Shown: positions 1 to 6,332 of the stretch, piece by piece
How positions within the stretch are numbered: the first letter of the stretch is position 1
Layout of the letters: each line of letters opens with the position of its first letter
Assembly: GCA_964016885.1 (NCBI GenBank)
Contig: OZ024741.1
Span: forward strand, 271,560,001 to 271,624,000
Direction: 5' to 3'
DNA: 64,000 nt
Origin: Eledone cirrhosa
Lineage: Eukaryota
Notes under the pieces: generated by a model
The model's input: only the letters and a program-made list of their open reading frames with translations
What the model was told of the DNA's origin: nothing
The model's database searches: none
Translations under genes and position numbers: made by a program

Positions 1-121
1 ACCGTGTTACCTACACGGCCACATTACAGCGTGGACTGTGTGTTTTTTTTGTCATGACACCTACACGACCTCATTTGTTTTGGACTGGATGTTGTGGTAC
101 CAACATAACTTTACATTGAAA

Positions 122-160
122 GGGGTGGTGTGGATGGGGTGGGGGTGGTGAGACGGGGGT
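122..160 (+). other. G-rich tract (potential G-quadruplex) antisense to the LINE 3'UTR
   Basis: ggggtggtgtggatggggtgggggtggtgagacggggg has four runs of 4 or more G. It is mirrored by the C-rich tract at ~5690-5728 in copy B. Confidence 0.5.
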
Positions 161-208
161 GTATTTTGTTAGAGGTGCCTACTGAGTGTAGTAGGTTTCA
201 CTTTGTAC

Positions 209-1555
209 TTAGGTAAGGCGGGTCTTCTGTATTACTGTGTAGCGCCAAAGATCTCGGTCCAGTGACATTGTCTTGGAGAGGTGTAAGTGTGTGAGGTCGG
301 AATTTATCAAGTCGTGGCTACCGTCTATTTTTATTGCCCTGCACTTTTTTTATACAGCTGTCGTCTTTCATGCGCATCACGTGACCATACCAACGTAGTC
401 TTCTATTGAGTAAACAACATCTGATCCCTCTTATTTCTAATTTTTCCCTTAGTTTGTTTATGCTTTGCCGTTCACGTATATTACTCTTACACATCCAGTG
501 GAGCATGCAAGCTTCGTTCCTCTCCAGTCTGCGTATATCCTCTGCACACAATGCCCAGGTCTCACTACCATGTAACATTGCTGTTCGTATGCAGGCATCA
601 TACAGCCTGCCTTTCATTTTTTGAGAGAACCCTTTAGCGGCTAATAGAGGTATAAACTCTCTGAACTTTTTCCATCCAGTTCTGACTCTAGCTACTGTAC
701 TTTCAGAGCACCCTCCACCATTGCTGATTTTGTCACCCAAGTAACGGAAGGTGTCCACTATTTCTATAGAACCATCTGTGTAATGGAATGAGCTAGTATT
801 TTGTGGGCACTTGCTGCTACTTATTGCACCAGAGCACCGGCCACATATAAAATCTATGTTCTTAGTTAGCTTACCTGTGATCCCACTACATCTTTTATGC
901 ACCCATACTTTGCATTTGGGACATAAAATGGAGTTTCTACCTACTCCTTTCCTACACACTGAGCATGGCCATTTCCCGGATGGGACCGGTGCCCTATTTT
1001 CCTTCCTACAAACTAGAACTTTAGTCTTAGACAGGTTAATTTTAAGGCCTTTTGATTCTAGGCCATGCTTCCATGTTTGGAATTTCTTCTCTAGTTCGGC
1101 CATTGATTCAGCTATGAGCATTAGATCATCTGCGTATAGGAGTTTCCATGGGTAGCCGGTCTTGAACTCCACTGGTATAGCCTGAAGGGCAATAATAAAT
1201 AGTAGGGGGCTAAGAACGGAGCCCTGATGAACACCAACTTTTACGCTAAACTCTTCACTATATTCGTTGTTAATTCTAACCTTGCTGACTGTTTCTTTAT
1301 ACATGGCTTGTATAGCTCTCACAAGCCATTCATCAACACCTAGTTTTCTAAGAGCCCACCAGATAATGGAACGGGGGACTCTGTCAAAGGCTTTCTCCAA
1401 GTCGACAAAACTAAGTATAGGGTTTACTTTTAGCTAGGTACTTCTCCTGTAGTTGCCGTACAATGAAAAGAGCGTCTGTGGTACTTTTACCTGACACAAA
1501 CCCGAACTGCATTTCATCTAGATCAATTCGCTCTCTGATTAGTTGCGCTATTACT
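209..1555 (-). pseudogene. Disrupted RT-PHD ORF of LINE copy A
   Basis: Contains QGSVLSPLLF, YADD and the C4HC3 finger (834-965). Relative to copy B it has two 1-bp deletions near 1410-1423, a +1 A insertion near 345-351 and a 30-bp deletion at 312/313. The ancestral TAA is at 209-211. The track's 318..1400 ORF is the fragment between these lesions. Confidence 0.9.
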
Positions 1556-1631
1556 TATATATATATGAATCAGGTATATCTTTCATCTTTGCCTATATAA
1601 TTATATATGTAATGTCATTTTTCATCCCTTT

Positions 1632-1880
1632 ATATATATATATGTACGTATGGATTCACCAAACATTTATTATAATGCTCATTGTGTTTGTAAACAAACA
1701 TCCCGTATTAAGCCGTAGTGTCTAGCAACCACCGTTGCTCGTTTGTTCAACACTGACAAAGGAACGCTGTACTAGTTTCAGGCTTGTTAGCTATCGTCAG
1801 CAACGTATACCTTCCTGCCAGATAGTTGAACGTCCGAAAGTATATACTTTCCTTATGCATATTAACGGCTGAGTAGCCCA
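1632..1880 (-). mobile_element. Arm X of a 249-bp inverted duplication; probable Penelope-like element pseudo-LTR fragment
   Basis: Gapless reverse complement of 2026-2274 with about 7 mismatches by eye. It carries a hammerhead followed by AATAAA and ends in a TA-rich microsatellite. The PLE assignment is inferred from the ribozyme type and arrangement; no PLE RT or GIY-YIG ORF is present. Confidence 0.6.
1764..1806 (-). ncRNA. Type I hammerhead ribozyme (copy 1)
   Basis: Minus strand reads acgttg-CTGACGA-tagctaacaagcct-GAAA-ctag-TA-cagcgt. Stem II is weaker than in copy 2 (one extra mismatch). Confidence 0.75.
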
Positions 1881-1923
1881 ATTTGCATATCGAGTGGTTA
1901 ATCGGCCGGGTGCACCGAAAACG

Positions 1924-2025
1924 ATAAAAGGAAAAAATGAAACGAAATTTCATTTCCCACTCTTAGTACAGCTGTTACTTAAATATAAGTATGTATACGT
2001 ACATACATATATGTATACAGACGTA
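1924..2025. repeat. Arm Y of a 102-bp inverted duplication (partner 2310-2411)
   Basis: Gapless reverse-complement match to 2310-2411 with about 3 mismatches. It abuts arm X' exactly at 2025/2026. Confidence 0.9.
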
Positions 2026-2274
2026 TGGGCTACTCAGCCGTTAATATGCATAAGGAAAGTATATACTTTCGGACGTTCAACTATCTGGCAGGAAGGTATA
2101 CGTTGCTGACGATAGCTAACAAGCTTGAAACTAGTACAGCGTTCCTTTGTCAGTGTTGAACAAATGAGCAACGGTGGTTGCTAGACACTACGGCATAATA
2201 CGGGATGTTTGTTTACAAACACACCGACCATTATAATAAATGTTTGGTGAATCCATACATACATATATATATAT
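2026..2274 (+). mobile_element. Arm X' of the 249-bp inverted duplication; probable Penelope-like pseudo-LTR fragment
   Basis: Inverted copy of 1632-1880. Hammerhead at 2100-2142, AATAAA at 2235-2240, and it runs into a TA/TACA microsatellite. Confidence 0.6.
2100..2142 (+). ncRNA. Type I hammerhead ribozyme (copy 2)
   Basis: Stem I acgttg(2100-05)/cagcgt(2137-42); core CTGACGA (2106-12); stem II agct-aaca-agct; GAAA (2127-30); minimal palindromic stem III ACTAGT; GUA cleavage triplet (cut after 2136). Stem I extends through ctggca/tgtcag and gttcaac(2075-81)/gttgaac(2155-61). Confidence 0.8.
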
Positions 2275-2309
2275 GTGTGCATGTATGTATATATATATGC
2301 ATACTACTG

Positions 2310-2405
2310 TACGTCTGTATACATATATGTATGTACGTATACATACTTATATTTAAGTAACAGCCGTACTAAGAGTGGGAAATGAAATTTTGTTTCATTT
2401 TTTCC

Positions 2406-2411
<6 letters not shown>
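2310..2411. repeat. Arm Y' of the 102-bp inverted duplication
   Basis: Reverse complement of 1924-2025. Confidence 0.9.
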
Positions 2412-2444
<33 letters not shown>

Positions 2445-2451
2445 CATACAT
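2409..2451. repeat. (TA)n/(TACA)n microsatellite
   Basis: Read directly from the sequence. Confidence 0.95.
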
Positions 2452-2791
2452 GGGCATACATGGCTTAGTGGTTAGAGCCCTTGCAATCGAAAGGTTGTGA
2501 GTTCAATTCTCAGACCGAGTGGTGTGTTGTTTCCTTGAGCAAGACACTTTATTTCACATTTCTCCAGTTTACTCAGCTGTAGAAATGAGATGATAGGGAC
2601 TGGGGTCCCTATCATTCCACTGCAAAGTGGTCGTGGACGTGCCACGGCAAAAAAGCACCCAGCACTCACTGTAAATGAGGTTGGTGTTAGGAAGGGCATC
2701 CAGCTGTAGAAATCAAGCCAGAATCAGTTCACGTCCCACCCTTGCAAGCAGGGAAAAGCGGACGTAAAATGATGATGATGATGATGATGAT
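2452..2791 (+). mobile_element. Apparently full-length tRNA-derived SINE with CORE-like body and RTE-related 3' end
   Basis: Pol III A box tggcttagtgg (2461-71) and B box gttcaattc (2501-09) in a T-arm. CORE-like gtgttgtttccttgagcaagacacttta follows. The 3' part (2617-2791) is homologous to the LINE 3'UTR and ends in a (GAT)7 tail. Flanked by TA-rich microsatellite on both sides. Confidence 0.85.
2461..2512 (+). promoter_or_regulatory. Internal RNA polymerase III type 2 promoter (A and B boxes) of the SINE
   Basis: TGGCTTAGTGG matches TRGCNNARYGG and GTTCAATTC matches GTTCRANNC, with tRNA-like spacing. Confidence 0.75.
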
Positions 2792-2803
2792 ATATATATA
2801 TAT

Positions 2804-2919
2804 ATAAGAAAAAGTATGAACCCGACGGCCAAGCTCAAGCCATTTCGGCGGCAATTTCTGAACTGAAATATCCATCGAAATGGCTTGAGCTCTGCCGTCG
2901 GGGTCATACTTTTTCTTAT
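2804..2919. repeat. 116-bp imperfect foldback (hairpin)
   Basis: ataagaaaaagtatgaacccgacggccaagctcaagccatttcg pairs with cgaaatggcttgagctctgccgtcggggtcatactttttcttat. The inner atttc/gaaat closes a 6-nt loop. Confidence 0.9.
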
Positions 2920-2995
2920 TACCTACTCTACTACCCTAAGTATTGAGTACTCTGGTGCTTTATGGTCCATCTGGTTCCTTACCACAATTCCTTTG

Positions 2996-2996
<1 letters not shown>

Positions 2997-3059
<63 letters not shown>

Positions 3060-3061
3060 TA
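2997..3061. repeat. (TA)n microsatellite, about 30 units
   Basis: Read directly from the sequence; immediately precedes the 5' truncation point of LINE copy B. Confidence 0.95.
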
Positions 3062-3062
3062 C

Positions 3063-5642
3063 GGCTACGACGAAATCCATGGAGGCTATGGGTTTGGTAC
3101 TAGAAATGAGGAAGGCTCCAGAATCCTGGAATTCTGTGATGCAAATAACCTAACTATCTGTAACACTAACTTCAAAAAACGTGACAATCACCTGATCACC
3201 TATAGATCCGGGGAACACACAAGCCAGGTAGATTATATCCTTACCAGAAGACGTGACAGAGTGTCTGTTGTTAACACTAAATCCCTCCCCCATGAAGAAT
3301 GCACCTCCCAACATAGACTGATAATTAGCGACCTCATAGTCAGGACGAGACGTACTCGACAACAGAAGAGGACTATCCTCAGGAGGAAAATATGGAAGTT
3401 AAAGGACCCCACAGCCAGGAATAAATTTCAAAGCATATTACTTGATGCTTTCGACAGTAAGGAAGAACATTTAGAGTCGGACAATATAGAGGGAGAGTGG
3501 GAATTTCTGAAAGCAAACCTGCTGTTGGCGACAGACGAGGTCTGTGGCTGGAGCAGGCCTGTAGGCAGGAGGAGAGTAACATGGTGGTGGAACAGTAAGG
3601 TGGAGGGGTCAATTAAGGCCAAAAAGCAGGCTTGGAAAGTATGGCGGGATGGGGGAAGTAGAGAGGACTATCAAGTGGCCAGGAGGGAAGCTAGGAGACA
3701 AGTGTACTTAGCAAGAAGGGAAGCTGAGGAAAGAAAGTTCAAGCATGTTCTACAACGCGATGACCAAAAACGTGAGGTGTTCAGGATTGCTAGGCAATGC
3801 GTCAAGGAAAACCGTGATATTGTCGGGGAGAAGTGTGTACTAAACGACGATGGCACACTTGCCATCACCGACGCTGATAAGAAGGTAGCTTGGAAGTGTC
3901 ACTATGAAAGACTTCTAAATGAGGAGAATAATTGGGAGAAAGGCAGTCTCCCCCATATCGACCCAATAGAGGGACCAGCAGTGTTAGTCGAGGGGAGTAT
4001 AATAAGTAAGGCAATCAAGGATATGAAGACTGGTAAGGCGGCTGGGCCTTCGGAAATAGTTGCTGAGATGCTGAAGGCATCTGGCATGGTGGGACACACC
4101 ATGGTCACCCGCATAGTTAACCAAGTCGTACAAAACGGGGTTGTTCCGAAGGACTGGCATAGCAGCATCATCGTTAACTGTTATAAGGGTAAAGGAGACG
4201 CCCTAGATAGGAGTAACTATAGAGGCATTAAATTAATCGACCAGGTCATGAAGGTCACGGAAAGAGTAATAGCGCAACTAATCAGAGAGAGAATTGACCT
4301 AGATGAAATGCAGTTCGGGTTTGTGTCAGGCAAAAGTACCACAGACGCTCTTTTCATAGTACGACAACTACAAGAGAAGTACCTAGCTAAAGGTAAACCC
4401 CTCTACTTAGCTTTTGTCGACTTGGAGAAAGCCTTCGACAGAGTCCCCCGCTCCATTATCTGGTGGGCTCTTAGAAAACTAGGCGTTGACGAATGGCTTG
4501 TGAGGGCTATACAAGCCATGTATAAAGAAACAGTCAGCAAGGTTAGAATTAACAACGAATATAGTGAAGAGTTTAGCGTAAAAGTCGGCGTCCATCAGGG
4601 CTCTGTTCTCAGTCCACTACTATTTATTATTGCCCTTCAGGCCATAACAGAGGAGTTCAAGACAGGCTGCCCATGGGAACTCCTATACGCAGACGACCTG
4701 ACACTCATAGCGGAATCAATGGCCGAGCTAGAGAAGAAATTCCAAACATGGAAGCACGGCCTAGAGTCAAAAGGACTTAAAATTAACCTGGCTAAGACCA
4801 AAGTACTAGTTTGTAGGAAAGAAAACAAGGCGGCGGTCCCTTCTGGGAAATGGTCGTGCTCGGTGTGTAGGAAAGGCGTAGGTAGAAACTCCATTTTATG
4901 TCCTAAATGCAAAGTATGGGTGCATAAAAGATGTAGTGGGATCACAGGTAGGCTAACTAAGAACATAGATTTTACATGTGGCCGGTGCTCTGGTGCAATA
5001 AGTAGCAGCAAGTGCCCACAAACTACTAGCTCTTTCAATTGCGCAGAGGGTTCTATAGAAATAGTGGACAGCTTCCGTTACCTGGGCGATAAAATCAGCA
5101 GTGGGGGAGGGTGCTCTGAAAGTACTGTAGCTAGAGTCAGAACTGGTTGGAAAAAGTTCAGAGAGCTTATACCACTATTAGCTGCTAAAGGGTTCTCACT
5201 AAAAATGAAAGGCAGGTTGTACGATGCCTGCATACGAACAGCAATGCTGCATGGCAGTGAGACCTGGGCATTGTGTGCAGAGGATATACGCAGACTAGAG
5301 AGGAACGAAGCTTGCATGCTCCGCTGGATGTGTAACAGTAATATACGTGAACGGCAAAGCATAAACGAACTAAGGAATAAATTAGAGATAAGAGGGATCA
5401 GATGTTGTTTACTCGAGAGAAGGCTACGTTGGTATGGACACGTGATGCGCATGAAAGTCGATAGCTGTATAACAAAGTGCAGGGCAATAAAGATAGACGG
5501 TAGTCACGGAATAGGCAGACCTAGAAAAACCTGGGACGAGCTGATAAACTCCGACATCACACACTTACACCTCTCCAAGACAATGTCACTGGACCGAGAC
5601 CTTTGGCGGTACTCAGTAACAGAGAAGACCCGCCTTACCTAA
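3063..5642 (+). CDS. Partial (N-truncated) LINE ORF: C-terminal half of APE endonuclease, reverse transcriptase with inserted PHD finger, RTE C-terminal region; 859 codons without a stop
   Basis: The frame is open 66 codons upstream of the track's GTG start: GYDEIHGGYGFGTRNEEGSRILEFCDANNLTICNTNFKKRDNHLITYRSGEHTSQVDYIL...TSQHRL (APE). RT motifs are NYRGIKL, QFGF, FVDLEKAFDRV, GVHQGSVLSPLLF, YADD (4686-4697) and FRYLG. There is no genuine start codon. Confidence 0.9.
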   Translation, partial: GYDEIHGGYGFGTRNEEGSRILEFCDANNLTICNTNFKKRDNHLITYRSGEHTSQVDYILTRRRDRVSVVNTKSLPHEECTSQHRLIISDLIVRTRRTRQQKRTILRRKIWKLKDPTARNKFQSILLDAFDSKEEHLESDNIEGEWEFLKANLLLATDEVCGWSRPVGRRRVTWWWNSKVEGSIKAKKQAWKVWRDGGSREDYQVARREARRQVYLARREAEERKFKHVLQRDDQKREVFRIARQCVKENRDIVGEKCVLNDDGTLAITDADKKVAWKCHYERLLNEENNWEKGSLPHIDPIEGPAVLVEGSIISKAIKDMKTGKAAGPSEIVAEMLKASGMVGHTMVTRIVNQVVQNGVVPKDWHSSIIVNCYKGKGDALDRSNYRGIKLIDQVMKVTERVIAQLIRERIDLDEMQFGFVSGKSTTDALFIVRQLQEKYLAKGKPLYLAFVDLEKAFDRVPRSIIWWALRKLGVDEWLVRAIQAMYKETVSKVRINNEYSEEFSVKVGVHQGSVLSPLLFIIALQAITEEFKTGCPWELLYADDLTLIAESMAELEKKFQTWKHGLESKGLKINLAKTKVLVCRKENKAAVPSGKWSCSVCRKGVGRNSILCPKCKVWVHKRCSGITGRLTKNIDFTCGRCSGAISSSKCPQTTSSFNCAEGSIEIVDSFRYLGDKISSGGGCSESTVARVRTGWKKFRELIPLLAAKGFSLKMKGRLYDACIRTAMLHGSETWALCAEDIRRLERNEACMLRWMCNSNIRERQSINELRNKLEIRGIRCCLLERRLRWYGHVMRMKVDSCITKCRAIKIDGSHGIGRPRKTWDELINSDITHLHLSKTMSLDRDLWRYSVTEKTRLT
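4857..4988 (+). other. C4HC3 PHD-type zinc finger coding segment inside the RT
   Basis: CSVC-x10-CPKC-x4-H-x2-C-x14-CGRC with the typical W-V-H motif. All 8 ligands are conserved in copy A. Confidence 0.85.
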
Positions 5643-5780
5643 ATATATAGTAAAACCTACTCCAGCCAGTAGGCATCTCTAACAAATACACCCCGTCCCA
5701 CCACCCCCACCCGATCCACACCACCCCGTTCTATGTAAAGTTATGTTGGTGCCGCGCCATCGAGGCCGAAACAAATGAGA

Positions 5781-6010
5781 TCGTGTAGGTGTCACGACAA
5801 AAAAACACACAGTCCACGCTGTAATGTGGCCGTGTAGGCAACACGGTAAAAACCTCCCAGACCCACACTGTAAATGTGGTTGGTGTTAGGAAGGGCATCC
5901 AACTGTAGAAAACCTGCCAGACAGTCCTATGCGAGCAAGACAATCACTCTTGCCTCAAGTGGGACTACCCCCGTCCAAACCCATGCAAGCGTGGAACACG
6001 GACGTTAAAC
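5781..6010 (+). other. Structured LINE 3'UTR: two H-type pseudoknots alternating with CTGTAA(A)-loop hairpins, a GGTTGG..GGAAGGGCATCC stem and a terminal stem-loop
   Basis: Pairings were read by eye. Compensatory changes are seen against the SINE at 2617-2767. Confidence 0.65.
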
Positions 6011-6037
6011 GCTGATGATGATGATGATGATGATAGT

Positions 6038-6053
6038 GAGAGAGAGAGAGAGA
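6038..6053. repeat. (GA)n microsatellite
   Basis: Read directly from the sequence. Confidence 0.9.
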
Positions 6054-6147
6054 CAAAGGTATTAATGGAAAAATTATACTTCATTCATCAAAAAAACATT
6101 TTTATTCTCTTAAAATTGTTAATATGGTTTTACCTTTGATATTTATA

Positions 6148-6210
6148 AATATATATGTGTTTGTGTGTGTGTGTGTATATATATATATATGGATAGATAT
6201 CTGTATATAT
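6148..6210. repeat. Compound (TA)n/(TG)n microsatellite
   Basis: Read directly from the sequence. Confidence 0.85.
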
Positions 6211-6277
6211 ATCATCATCATCATCACCATCATTTTCCGTCCGCTTTTCCCAGCTTGTTGCAAGGGTAGGATGGGTC
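6211..6277 (-). mobile_element. Short 3'-terminal fragment of the same SINE/RTE family
   Basis: Minus strand ccatcctacccttgcaacaagctgggaaaagcggacggaaaatgatggtgatgatgat matches the SINE end at 2732-2791. Confidence 0.85.
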
Positions 6278-6332
6278 CTATTCAGCACAGCTTTTCCCTT
6301 AATTTCATATTTGAAAAGCTGCATCTCATAAT

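Larger units (their letters stand above)
1..1555 (-). mobile_element. RTE-clade non-LTR retrotransposon (LINE), copy A, 5'-truncated and decayed; 3' end lies outside the window
   Basis: Its reverse complement aligns with 4265-5847 of copy B (RT, PHD, C-terminal region, 3'UTR). The 5' truncation at 1555 abuts a (TA)n tract. Confidence 0.93.
3061..6034 (+). mobile_element. RTE-clade non-LTR retrotransposon (LINE), copy B, 5'-truncated within the endonuclease
   Basis: Single APE-RT frame, ~390-nt 3'UTR, terminal stem-loop and (GAT)7 tail (6014-6034). RTE-typical motifs include RRLRWYGHVMR and GRPRKTW. No target-site duplication is discernible. Confidence 0.93.

Noticed and set aside
1881-1888. 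Octamer motif ATTTGCAT suggesting an snRNA promoter
   Set aside because: A single 8-mer with no recognisable PSE or snRNA body nearby.
2452-2520. Functional tRNA gene
   Set aside because: The anticodon and acceptor stems are degenerate and it continues into a SINE body and tail.
1543-3153. Short ORFs across microsatellites, inverted repeats and the SINE
   Set aside because: Low-complexity YIYI or poly-S translations; better explained as non-coding repeats.
3261-3263. GTG start of the 793-aa ORF
   Set aside because: Artefact of alternative-start calling. The frame and APE homology extend upstream to 3063, where the element is truncated.
406-5452. Short ORFs antisense to or overlapping the LINE ORFs (406-624, 811-1155, 3150-5452 minus set)
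   Set aside because: Shadow frames of the RT coding sequence with no recognisable domains.
5745-5775. Hammerhead-like ggccgaaac in the LINE 3'UTR
   Set aside because: No CUGANGA box, and the motif is not conserved in copy A.
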